From Neocallimastix sp. 'constans' (lineage: Eukaryota), in the NCBI GenBank assembly GCA_050613775.1, contig JBODTK010000150.1:186001-250000 (forward strand): DNA of 64,000 bases, read 5' to 3'. The translations under genes were made by a program, and so were the position numbers. The notes under the pieces are model-generated. The model saw only the letters and a list, made by a program, of their open reading frames with translations, was not told where the DNA came from and ran no database searches. This document shows, one piece after another, positions 8,838 through 22,734 of this stretch. Numbering within the stretch: the first letter of the stretch is position 1; every line of letters begins with the position of its first letter.

Positions 8838-11560
8838 AGAAAAATATATACATATATAATGTATATAATGTTATAAAAACAATTATATAATATTAAAATA
8901 TAATATAAATATAATATTATAATAGATAAACATGTTATATAAAATAAAATAAAGTAAAATAGTTAATATTTAATATTGTTAATTTTTATGAAATTTATAA
9001 AGACTTATTTTTAAAAGTAAATAAGCGAAGTAAACAGAATAAGTGTTGTCATATTATTTTAAAGTTATAATGTTTAATATATATAATAATAAAGAATTGC
9101 TAGTCAATGTAATAATAAATTAAACAAAATAAATAATATATATATGACATAAACAAACATAAACAATGAAAAAAAAAATAAAAAATAAACAAAAAAAAAT
9201 TTATAAATTTAAATTGAGAGAAAGAAAAAAATTTCGTAAATAATATAAAATGAATTTATTTAATTCAATTATTCCATTATAATTATAATTATTATTTTTT
9301 GTTATATTCATATTAAATTATTTATAAAATATTTTCTTCCTAAAATGAAGAGTTATTATTGTAAGAAATTACTTATAAAATTAATTATAAATAATTTCTT
9401 AACTACAAATTAACATTAATTATTACTAATTAACATTAATTTGAGAAAATAAAATTAAATATAATTAAATAAATATAAAATAATATAAATAAATAATTAT
9501 ACTTAAATATAAGATAGAGTTTAGTATAGAAAGTTTATAATAAACAATAACACAAAAGGAATAAAAGACGCAAATATTTATAAAATATGTTTTATTAAAA
9601 GGGGTTTTGTTTATCAATTAATTATTTTATTTGAATTATTATTTATTATAAAAATTCTAAAATAATAACCCTTGATTTCTCGAAGAGAACTCAAGAGAAT
9701 CAAATATATATAAATTAATAAATAAATATTATTGGTTAAAATAAATACAATAATTTAATGTATTAAATTAATGTATTAAATAAGAAAGATAGATAAATTT
9801 TATAATAAATTTATCTAAATTTCTTACATTCTGGAACGTTACGTTCAGAAAAATATGAAATTCTTAAATTTAAGAGATAATCTAATCTATAATAATAATA
9901 ATAATAAAAAATTAAAATTAAATTATTTAACTTTATATTAAATTAGTTTATATGAATAAGTAATTAAATAATGATAGTTATTTAACAAACAATTAAATTA
10001 TTAAATTAAAGTATATTTCTAATTAAAAATTAGTACTTATGTAAATATTAAATTAAATAGTTAAATAATTTTAAATTACTAATATTTCTAAATCATATGT
10101 ATTTAAAATAAATATTGTTAATTATTTTTAATATGTATTTAAAATAAATATTGTTTATTATTTTTTAAGGTATATTTAGTTATAATATATTAAATATTCA
10201 ATTTATGTTAACAGTTAAATAGTATAAAAATTATAAAATAAAAATTAGGAAAATAATCATATAGTATAAAAATATTAAATTAAATTTTAAAAACATATAT
10301 AAATAGTAAAATTTACAAAAAATAAATTTTTAGGAAAAACTAATAATATTAATAAAAATAAAATAAAATTATTATATATAAAAAAAAAAATAATATAAAA
10401 TTTTACATTTAATAGAGCAACTCGTCCCATTTCTGTTAAAGAAGAAGCAAATATTGTTAATTTGGTCTCAAATTGAACAAATAACTTAACCACAAATTAA
10501 ACTATTTGCCTTCCTTATTGTATGGAACTTTCCTATATTCTACTATAAATTAAAATCAAATTATTTCTTAATAATATATTACTTAAAATAAATTCTTATT
10601 AATATATTTCTTATTTAAAATTATTATATTATTAAAATGTTAACAAATTATCAATATATTTTTTTTATTAATATTTTTATTTTATCAATTTATTATTGTC
10701 AAGTTATATTAAAAATCTAGATAGTTTTTCTTTAACCAATAGTTATTCATTGTATTAATAATAAAAATTAATTTCTAAATAATATTACTAATACATAATA
10801 AAAAAAAAATAAAATTATATATTATTAATATATGTTTATTATAATCCATAATGTTATATTTTTAAGAATTAATTATAACAATTATTTTGAATAATTTAAA
10901 ATTAATAATATTTTACACATAAATAAAGGATTTAGTAAGTTATAATTACTAAACCACATTAGTAAATTCTGCAAAATTGATAAAATTATGTTTAAAATAT
11001 ATTAATAATTCATTAATAATTAATTAGAATAAATTTTTATATATAATAGAAATACTTAAATTAAAATAAATTTATTAGATACAATTTAAAAATTAGAATT
11101 ATTATTAAAAGAAATTAAAAATAAGAAATGGCTTTCCCATTTCTAATTAATTGCAAAAGTATAAAAAGAGATAGTTTAGAAAAAAAAATAATAATCATGT
11201 AATAAATTATAATAAATAAATTTTAATAAAGATTTTTAATAAAACAAAAATTTTCTTTTATTTTTATTTTTATTATTGTTTTAATTTTATTTATAATTCT
11301 TGAATAATTTTTATAAAAAAAACCCCGAACCAAACCATTTCTAATACAGAATGAATAAATAATACTAATTGTGCTAGAATAATATAAATTATTCTGTCAC
11401 GAATACTAGTGGATTTGAAGTTAAAATTCACTATTAGATCAATTGAAATTTAATTTAATTATTGACAAAAATTATTTTAATTCGATTTTAATTATACAAA
11501 TAAATATTAGAAACATTAAAGAATTAGAAACCAAAGGGTTTGGACTTATTTATTAAAGAT

Positions 11561-11782
11561 GGGTGTGGGGCATTTCGCCAAATTGCATTTCGCCAGATTG
11601 AAAATTATTAAATAAATAAATAAATCAATAAATAAAATTAAATATTATTAATATCGCATAAAAACAATTTTAAAAAAATATATTGAATTAATATTTATTT
11701 ATTTATTCATTTATTTATATCAATACTCTACTTGTCGAAATGCAACCTGGAGAAAAGCAACTTGGGGAAATGCAACTCTCCC
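11561..11782. mobile_element. 222-bp MITE, Mutator/MULE type
   Basis: Perfect 9-bp TSD ATTAAAGAT (11552-11560, 11783-11791); imperfect TIRs starting GGG(T/A)G with 15-bp subrepeats GCATTTCGCCAAATT; AT-only core. Confidence 0.9.
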
Positions 11783-13429
11783 ATTAAAGATAATTTAATT
11801 TAATTTAACCCTTAAGAATTTGATAAAAATAACTTGAAGAAAAACAACGATAACTCAACAAATAATGGAAATATTATATCGTGATTTCCCGCTAAAATTA
11901 TATTCATTGAAAAGCTACGGACGAGAACTACAACATATGTTAAAATTAACCTTATTGGACAACTAGATAACGAGATATTGGACTTTAAAGATATTTAAAT
12001 ATAAAAATATAATTTAATTATTTAATTAAGACCCTAAATTATTAATTAAGAAATTTATATTAGATAAATATCTTAACTTGGAAATTATATTATTAATTTG
12101 TATTATTAATTAAAAATACAGAATTAGTTATTAGTAATAGTTTTATAACATTTTAAATAAGTTTTATAAGTTTTATATATTTTATTATTATATATTTTAT
12201 TCAATTATTTCAAAAAGATTCTAAGGAATTCTTTATCATTCTAAAGACTTCCGAAAGAGAATTTTTAATTAGTTTTAATATTTTATTTTATTTTATTTTA
12301 TATTTGATTATTAAATTAGTTTTATTATTAAATTGTTTTATGAATAATTTATATAGTTATTGTATTAAAGATTCTTATCAATATTATTTTATTATTATAT
12401 TTTATATAGTTTATATACATGTATGAATATATTAAGATTAAAATGTATTAATTAATTATATTGTTAATTATTATTTTAGTTTAGTATAAAAATGATTTGA
12501 AAATTCTATATTTTGAATTCTTTGTAAGATTATTAATCTTTATCTATTAATTTAATTTAATGTGTTAACATAAAGTTAATGAATTAATTATAATAATAAA
12601 TAATTTTTTATATTAATCTTAATTAAAATTTATTATTAAAATATATATTAAATAAAAGTTCTAATAAAACATAAATCATAAATATTGAAATCTTAATTAT
12701 GAAACTCTGTGTGTGCTATTTATTATTTAAATTTAATTAAATTGTTATAATTAATAAAAACATCATGACCTGACCAATTTAACCCAAACTAGGAAAGATT
12801 TAACTATAATCTTACCTATCACCAACAAAAACTTTTACATATTCTAACCTTATAGATTATTCTATTCTATATAATTGGAACTTTCCAATATTCTTCAAAT
12901 ATTACTAAATAGAAATCTTAAGTTAATAAATCGCCAATTAACTTATAATACCTTTTTGAATTATCGATCCGATTCCATTATAATGTATTAAAAATCTTTA
13001 GCCAAGAATATTGTCCTTGCCCACTTAATATATTAATATTATATTTCCTTTGTAATATGTTATATTGAAAATAATCAAATCTATTTAATTACTTATTAAA
13101 ATTTTCGTTATCAATTTAAATTTATTTTTAATTACTAAATTTAACTAAACCACAATAAAATATTCTGTGTAATCTCTTTATTTTTATTATATATATATTA
13201 ATATTAAACAATTATTAAATAATTAATAATTCAATAATATATAACTACTATTTATAACAATAATATTATTAACTAAAATAATAATTCATTTTCAATTTAA
13301 ATGTTTTATTTATTAAAATAATTAGTAATTAGTTTATTAAGAAATAGTTAGGCTTTACAAATTTTAATTTGATAAAAAAATATAAATACATGTAATTTTT
13401 AATGAAATAAAATTTATATATATTTATAT

Positions 13430-14310
13430 ATCTCTTTTGGTGAAGGATATATCCGTTATTATATCTTTGGAATTTGATACCTATGAATGAATTTCACATC
13501 TCCTAAATCCTTGATTTCAAAATGTTTTTTTTTTTTTTTTTTTTTTAAATTAGAGATGTTGTTTGGTTAATTTCTAATTCATTTCCAGTATGAAGTATGT
13601 CATCAATATATACTGTAAGAAATGAAAATATTAATATCAACATTGGGATCATAATTTATTTTTTTTTTTTTTTATTTTTTATTTTTTTTTTTTCTTTTCT
13701 GGTTTCTCTTTCAAATCAGCCTTTAACTGCTCTTTTCCTCTACTAAAGGATTTCTCCAAAAATAGTCCAGTCCTCAAAAAGAAGAAAGTTTTGCTTTAAC
13801 TCTCTGCTATTTTTCTTGTAACAGAAGTGAGCGAATTCAGGACGATCCATTTTGTGATATTAGTAATATTATCTTTTTTTTATTTTTTTTAATATCGACA
13901 GAACTGGTGGACTTGCGATATACAACTGATCTGTCGATTTTTTTTCTGTTATATAATTTTAGGCATTATCTTTGATTTTATTTTTCTTAATATTTTTAAA
14001 TCCTTTTTTTTTGATGAAACGTAATCTATTAAGTTGTTGATATCAAGGAGATAGAACATATTTATTCTTCAACTGATGTAGTTGGAACGTATTTAAGAAT
14101 ACAAGGTGATTAAAGCATTACAAGTAGTTAAATGTTGTTCCATTGATCCATGGTTGTATGCTAATTGATTGATTACCCTTGTGATTTGATTTGATGACTG
14201 TGGAGAGATAGTCCTTGCTTGGTCTATTTAAGAATTAAAAGAGCCTAACATCGCCAGGATGATGAGATGGTACATGACAGTAAGTATGCTTGGAGTAATC
14301 ATTGAATAAG
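13430..14310 (-). mobile_element. Decayed Ty1/Copia pol remnant
   Basis: Minus fragments FLTVYIDDILHTG (~13585-13625) and FEIKDLGDVKF (~13490-13525) match Copia RT; weaker integrase-like traces upstream (14100-14300); many stops and deletions. Confidence 0.75.
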
Positions 14311-14318
14311 AAAAAAGG

Positions 14319-14353
<35 letters not shown>

Positions 14354-14651
14354 TCTTAGCGGATGCTATATCTCCTTTTTACAAAAGAAAGTCATCAAAG
14401 TAAGGACAAAATAGCAGTGGTAGAACAAGAAAAAAAAAATAATATAGAGGAGTTGAATATGAAAATACAACAAGAATTAATTATTATTATTATTATTAAT
14501 GGTATTACTGGTATTAAATTTATCTGTAATAAATCATTTATATCTTTATATTTTTAATTGTTTTAATTCATTTTATTATTATTATTATTTATTTTGGCTA
14601 ATTTACATAATATATATTATTATTGTTTTTATTATTGTTATTATTTAGATC

Positions 14652-14698
<47 letters not shown>

Positions 14699-14823
14699 AA
14701 TACTATTATTATTAAAATTTAATATTATAATAATTTATAATTTATAATTTTAGATATTTCCTTTGTCTTTAAAATATTATATGATCATGATATTTATTTT
14801 TCTATCATACTTATTACAATTTT

Positions 14824-14953
<130 letters not shown>

Positions 14954-15335
14954 TGTTTCTTCATCTTCATCTTTATGATCTTGCTAAATAAATATAATTA
15001 ATTATTAAAAATATGTTATTATTATTATTACTATTACTTTTATTATTTTTAAATTTTATTTTAATTTATTGATTACAATATATGACTAAAAAAATTATTT
15101 TACTTCTATAATAATAATAATTAATAATATTTTTATTATTATTAAAACTTTATGTTATTAAAAATAAAAGTATTAGTTTTATTAATTTATTTTAGTATCT
15201 TCTGATTAATATATTTTTATATATAAATATTCTTATATATATTTATTTATTAGGAAAAATTAACATTTTAAAATTTTTTATATTTTTAATATTTTATATA
15301 TAAATTAAGTTAATAATAATAATAATAATAATAAA

Positions 15336-15615
15336 TTAATTAAAATATTTATTAGCATATTCAACTTCATTTTCATAAATTTCCATTAACTTATCCTTCC
15401 ATCCCAAAGCTTTCGCCAATTCCGTACATCCTTTATCACAATCACCAATATAAATAACATCTCTTTGATATTGATTTCCAGAAAATATATATTCTGCATT
15501 GGAGCTATCACATAATAACTCTGATTCAAAAATTTCTGGTAATGTATTATTAATTAAACATCTTGGTATCTTATTTGAAACTGATTTTATTATGGAAGCA
15601 AATGGATATACCTTA

Positions 15616-15646
<31 letters not shown>

Positions 15647-15748
15647 AATTATGAAGAAACAACAATAATAATATATGTTAATGTTTATAAGTACTTCGTA
15701 TTTATAATAATTATTGATATTAATTATTAATAAATTTCAATTTTTGAA

Positions 15749-15785
<37 letters not shown>

Positions 15786-16618
15786 TATGTATAATTTTTA
15801 TAATTATTATTTCATCAATTTATAAATTAAATAATAATGATTTTATCAAAAAAAATTATCAAATTTAATTTACTTTAATTAAGAAAAAAAAAAAAAAAAA
15901 AATTGATTATAAAAAAATAAATGAATTGTATTAAAAAAAAATAATATATAAAATAAAATTAAAAATAAATGTATAAAATATAAAAAATAAAAGATATATA
16001 TATATTAATGCTTGACTTACTTTTAATGATGTTCCTAGTATAAGTAATAAATCACATTTTGGAATATCATCTCGAAGGGAATTAAAAAATTTTGATGGAA
16101 GATCTTCACCAAAAAAAATAACACCTGGCTTTACATAACCTTGACATTTCGGACACAGAATAGGATTTTCACCATTAAATAATCTTTCTTTATACCATGC
16201 TTGAGTATAAACAGAACCGCAAGATTCTTTTTCTGAAGTACCAACACAATAGGAATGATGAAAACTACCATGTGATTCAATAATACGTTCACTATCCAAT
16301 CTTGTTTGATAATCTAGGCCATCAATGTTTTGTGTATAATGTCGTAATAAAATATTATGGTTATTTAATAATTTTATAAAACAATGTGCTATGGTAGGTC
16401 TTTTATATTATATATATATATTTAAAGTTGAAAATTTATAATTATATATATATAAATTTAAATACAAATAAAATTTAATAATGATAATAATGATAAATAT
16501 TATTATTTTTATTAATTTTATTAATAAATAAAAATATATTTAAATAATGTATTTAAAGGTTAAAAGTTATAATACAAAGATAGATTATTTAATTAATGAA
16601 AAAATTTTATTATAAACG

Positions 16619-16671
<53 letters not shown>

Positions 16672-17450
16672 TACCTTATATTTTGTGGATAAATTTCTTT
16701 GGCAAACTTAGTAAATGGAATTGGATTTTTCTTAAAATAATCTAATTCAAATATGGCTTCAGGATAGGGTATATTATATTTTTCTAAATTTGCATAAACT
16801 CCACGATCTGCACTTCGAAAATCTGGTATTTCAGCATTAGTAGAGATTCCTGCCCCACTCATTACAATTATATTTTTACAATCATGATCCTTTATATAAT
16901 TTGCTATTCCTATTAAAGTATCCTCATTTAAAATTTTTACCATTGTATTCATATCAATCGTCAAATCGTTGCAAATACCCGCATCGAAATTTTTTATTTT
17001 TGAATGAAATCTCACTAAGGACTTTGATACCTTTTTTGCAAATTTTACTATAAAATTTTTATTATCTTCTATGGTGTCGAGTGATGATATGGATAAAGAA
17101 TCATTCTTAATATCTCTTATACTCAAATATTCGCTTTCATCCAATGAAGCAAAATCCGGAACACTACGTACACTTTTTAATTCATGTTGAGAATTAAATT
17201 CTTTATTATCATTTATTTCATTTAATGAAGTTTCACTTAAATTATGTAATGTTTCTGAAGAATTATCTATGAAATCACTATTATTTAAAGGTTTATTATT
17301 CTTACTTGAACCTGTCAACGAATTATTGTTATCTTTATTATTAAATGATTTTTTTCTTAATATAGGTTTTAATTTATTCATTTTTACCGTTAAATGATCC
17401 TGGATTTGCATTTTCTGAACCTTAATATTTAATGAAGGAAAATCGCACAT
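15336..17450 (-). CDS. Sir2-family NAD-dependent deacetylase (SIRT2/Hst2-like); exons 17450-16675, 16399-16021, 15611-15336
   Basis: GAGISTNAEIPDFRS, YTQNIDGLD, HGSF, four Zn cysteines, KPGVIFFGE, GTSLK|VYPF; both GT-AG introns keep frame. Confidence 0.95.
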
Positions 17451-17965
17451 TTTTTTTTTTTTTTTTAGTTGATATTATTAACTAATGATAAACTTATAAT
17501 AGACTTCAAATAATTTCTATCTTTTTTTTTTTTAAAAAAAAAAAAAAATAAAAATATAAAAAAAAAACTATTTAACAGTAGAAATGTCTGAAATACGAAA
17601 TAAATTATTATTTTTATTATTAAATTATTTTTAGTATTAATATTGTAAATGGTATAAAAATATATACATTTAATAAAAATTATAAAAAAAAATAACTTCT
17701 ATTTATATCTTGTGATAAAACTAATGTAAAAAAAAAAAAAAAAAAAAAAGAGGAAACAATTATTCTATTAAAATAAAATTTTATTTTCCTTTTTTCGATA
17801 ATATTTCACAAAAAAAAAAAGAAAAAAATAAAAAATAAAAAAAAAGGATTTATTATTAAATTTTTCTATATAAATTACTATGATATAATTATTATTTTCA
17901 ATTTTACTTTTTTTTTTAATTTTTTTGTAAAATCTAATATGTATGAATTTAACTTTTGTATATTA

Positions 17966-18006
<41 letters not shown>

Positions 18007-18478
18007 AGAGAGAAATAATGAAAAGAGTTTAATGTTTTTGATAATTCAAACAAAATATATCATTATAAATATTGTATATTTGATATATTATATGTTTTAG
18101 TACATTATGAAATAATATATACAATGTACTGATTATATTAACTATTTTTATTATTTTATAGTTTATATAAACCTTTGAAAAGCAAATTTTAATTGATTAA
18201 TAGAAAAATTAATATTAATATAATGCATTTCGGAGAAAATAAGTAATTATCTTTTTTACAATCATTTATTATTCAAACTTAATTTTTATCTCAATTTTTA
18301 TTTTAATTTTAACATGGAAATTGGTGGAAGATTACTATCTTGAAATAAGTTATTAAATATTGAATAGGATTATTCATAAATGAATTAGTTTTTTTTTTTT
18401 TTTTTTTTTTTTATTTATTTTTGTATAATTTTAAAATGAAAAGATCATTACTTTTATTTCAATTTATTTTTTTATTAA

Positions 18479-18512
<34 letters not shown>

Positions 18513-20148
18513 TTTTGTTGTTGCTACTAAAAAGATTACTTTTAATTATACTTTTAATATTATTTTTAATTGAATTTGAAATTTATACTAAATATTCTTT
18601 ATATATAAAACTTTTAATATATAAAGATAAAATATATGGTTAAAAGTTTAAAAAAAAAAAAAAAAAAAAAAAAGGATAAAGAAATTGAAAATATTATATT
18701 AATTATATATAATATACTATAAAAATTATTTATTTATACTTTATAATAAAAATAATAATTTAATAAAAAAAAATATTTAATAATTTAATTATACTATATA
18801 ATAATAATATATTCTATATATATATTCTAAAGAAAGATTACATATTTTTTATTAATATATATAACAAATTTTTACATTTTATCATATTAAATGCAAAATA
18901 AGAATTATGAGGGAATATAATCTTAATACTTGATAAAAAAAATAAGAACAGCTTTTAAAATTTAAAGCAGACTATATATAAAAAAATTATTGTATAAAAT
19001 ATTAATAGTATAAAAAATATTCATAAAATAAAAATAATTATTGTATAAATAATTATTGTATAAATAATCATAGTATAAATAATCATAGTATAAAATAATC
19101 GTAAAATAAACTAGTTCAATTCACCTTTTATCTAGCTTTTTTTTTTTTTTTTTTTTTTTATCTTTAATTCAACTTTTTTTTTATCTTTTAATTTTTATAT
19201 AAATTTTAAATTGAGCTATTTAATATACAATACTATTGCTTTCATATTAATTCTATTTTAATTAATATATTTCCTATATATAAATTATATATACTCCATA
19301 TATAATATAATATTACTTTCTATATAAAATACTTTTTAAACATTTTTTTTAAATTTTTATTTTTTTAAATGATAATCTCTTATATATTAATAATATTCTA
19401 AAATGCATTAATAAAATATGTAATTTTATAATTTTATATATAATTTATTATAAAGTAGAATAAATTATTAATTAATAATTAATTTATATTTTAAACTTTT
19501 TCAATTAAAAATATCTCAAAAAAAAAAAAAAAAAAAAAATTTAAAATCACTAACACACCAAATAAATAAATAGATAATTATATCTTTTTAATTAAATATA
19601 TATGTAAATAAATGAATAATTAATTAATTAAATGGATAAACTTGAAATAAAATTCAAAACAATGAAATTGACTAGGTACACGAAGGCCAGTTAAGGTAAA
19701 ATCTTCTGAAAAAAAAATATTTTTTTGATAGATATTTGATATTTTCTTTTTAAATAAAATATTACACATTTTTATCATAGAGTATTAGTATAATTGAATA
19801 AAAAATTATTTAAAAAATGTAAAAATTTTGTATATTTATTTCCTGGAATTCTTTTTTCTTTTTCTTTTTTTTTTATGTTTTATGGTAATTTTTATAGTAT
19901 CATTTTTATCTACTACCCTTCACACGATCAAATAAATTAAATATTAAACATAACTAATCTTATTTTAGCAATAATTTAATACTTAATACTATTACCATCA
20001 ATTTTAAAAAAAATAAAAAAATAAAAAAAAAATTAAAAGCATTTTTTTCTTAGTATTCAACAAAAAAAATTCATTTTTATATATTTGTTTTTTTATATAA
20101 TCAATATTACTTTTATTAATTTCAATCTTTCGTTATATTATTTTAATA

Positions 20149-20149
<1 letters not shown>

Positions 20150-20220
<71 letters not shown>

Positions 20221-20233
20221 GTTATTATTATTG

Positions 20234-20303
<70 letters not shown>
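20150..20303. repeat. (TTA)n microsatellite, interrupted
   Basis: Direct reading. Confidence 0.95.
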
Positions 20304-20305
<2 letters not shown>

Positions 20306-20740
20306 TAAATATTCTATACTATTTGGAATGAATAGGGAATAAAAAAAATTTTTTTTTTTTCGTTTCATAAATCCTTTTTTAATTATTTTCATGTGAAAAA
20401 ATGTTTAAACTATAAAACATCAAGAAATAAACACAGAAAATATATTAAGAATAATTTACTCAATAAATAATTAAATAATAAATAATAAATAATAAATAAT
20501 AAATAATGAATAATAAATAATAGATAATAAATAATAATAAATAAATAATAAATAGTTAAATAATAATAAAAACAATAATAAATAATTAATAATAGAAAAT
20601 AGAAAATAAATAACAAATAATAAATAGTTAAATAATTAAATAATAATAAATAATTAAATAATAATAAATAAAAAGTAGTTAAATAATAAATATTAAATAT
20701 TAAATATTAAATATTAAATAACAAATAATAAATAAATGAA

Positions 20741-20779
<39 letters not shown>

Positions 20780-20899
20780 ACTTGATATGCTGTTTATAGT
20801 ATATATTTAATAGAAATTTATTTTTTTTATCATTTTAAATTAAAAAAAAAAAGTTTGAAAAGATTTAATAAAAAAAAAAAAAAAAAATATGTAAATTCA

Positions 20900-21245
20900 C
20901 ATATAATTGGTACTCATCTCCCATTAGTGCTCCAACAGTTATTATTGTAGGTGCAATGAATTTTGGCATACCAGCACAGCATCGCCACTTACAACACGAC
21001 GTTTCATTCTCGCCTGGAACTGAATACCCTATACATTCCAACATAAATCTCCATTGACCGCTAGGATCGCTCCTACTTGTGGGTGTTATCATTAGTGTTA
21101 GAATTATTTTTGCCTAATTTCTATAGAATTAACCGGAAACATCATCAAGGTCTATGATTAAGTCGTAGCATAGTATCAGGGTTGGGTGAATAACCTGCCA
21201 AAGAGGATTGTACATTTCGAAATCATGTATTTGGTAATGTGGCTT
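20900..21245 (-). pseudogene. Coding-like GC-richer island with two in-frame stops; unknown product
   Basis: One frame reads ~110 codons (YQIHDFEMYNPLWQV...SG*FYRN*AKII...CCKWRCCAG...) after a possible acceptor TTATAAG. Confidence 0.35.
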
Positions 21246-21599
21246 ATAAAAATTTAAAATAAAGCCATACATTTTTAAGATATTCAATACAATCATAAAT
21301 AAATACTTAAATAATTATTATTTTAAAAGAAATAATAATATATTCTATTAAAAAAGAATTATAAAAAATTATTTTATATATAAACAAATACCATGCCAAT
21401 GTTTTCATAATAAATTAATACATAAATTAAAAATGAACTATAATTATTATGTATCAGTGATGCTAAATAACATAATTTTATTATCAAACAATCAATAAAA
21501 TTATTGATATCTATATTTAAATTTAATACATAATTAGGATCTTTTAATATTCTATCATTTTTATTGTAATTATTTAAATATTTATTATAAAATTAAAAT

Positions 21600-22667
21600 T
21601 TAATCACCAGAATTTAATACATATGAATTAACATAGCTTAATTTTCCTTTATATTGAGTATCAATTATATTTACTAATTTTCTTTGAATATTATAATTAT
21701 ATTCAATTTTATTAGTATTAATTTTATCATTATTAATTGTATTTTTAACAATTATTTCGAAATTTTTAGCAATTTTATAAAAATCAATATTATATCTAAT
21801 AGAAAAACATTTTTGAAATGTATTTTGAAAAAACTTGAAATCACTTAAATTACAATGGGCAAAGCATATATTGATAAATTCTTCTGTATATTTATCTTCA
21901 CATTTTAAATATAAGTTATTTTTTACACAAAGTTTATCTGAATAATACTTTAGTATTTCAAAACAATGATTCATTGGTACTCTATAGCCAAAAATATCTT
22001 TAATTTTTAAATTATATTGTTTGATTTTATCCAAACAATAATTCAATATAATAATATCTTTACTATAAACATCAAGTATCTCTATTAATATATCTTCAAT
22101 TTTATCTTCATTCTACTTTATTATATCTTCTTATAAATGCTTATGTGTATTTGAATAAAAATATTTAAATATCTCAAAAGTCATATCCGGTACTACCGCT
22201 CTGTTATAAGTATCAGAAAAAAATAAAATAAATACTTTAGTGTATATATATGAATAATTATCCAAATATAATAAATAAAATCCTATTTCACTTTTTGTTA
22301 CAACTTTTTCTAAAAACTCTTTATCTTTCTCATATAATAATTTATCAATAAAATATTTGTTAATAATAATTAAAGGAGAATATTTTCCCCAAAAATAATT
22401 TACTTGATGATATTTTCCATAAATATAATCTTCTTTAAAAAAATATTTTAATCTATTATATTGTTCAATATTATTTATTGAAAAAAATTGATTACTTATT
22501 ACACTTATATCTACAACATATTTATGATTTTTTTTTTTTTCATATTTAAATAATGGCTCTTTCAAAAATATGCCTTGTTCTGCGATATTTAATAATTTTT
22601 CTGGATTACATTCCCCATTTAATTCTTTATAAAAATCTTTAGTATTCTCTTCAGAATATTTTGACAT
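21600..22667 (-). pseudogene. Intronless ~355-codon orphan ORF with two in-frame stops
   Basis: ORFs 22131-22667 and 21600-22046 are in one frame, broken only by TAA (22131-22133) and TAG (22113-22115). Confidence 0.75.
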
Positions 22668-22734
22668 TTTTTTAAAACTTATTTAAAATAATTGTATTTA
22701 AATATTTATTTATATTTATAAAATCAAATTATAA

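Noticed and set aside
8615..8890. F/C/V-rich ORFs (likewise poly-L/I/Y ORFs at 14763, 20085, 20410, 34096, 36728, 42553, 47426, 47585, 50244, 60613)
   Set aside because: Translations of microsatellite or low-complexity DNA.
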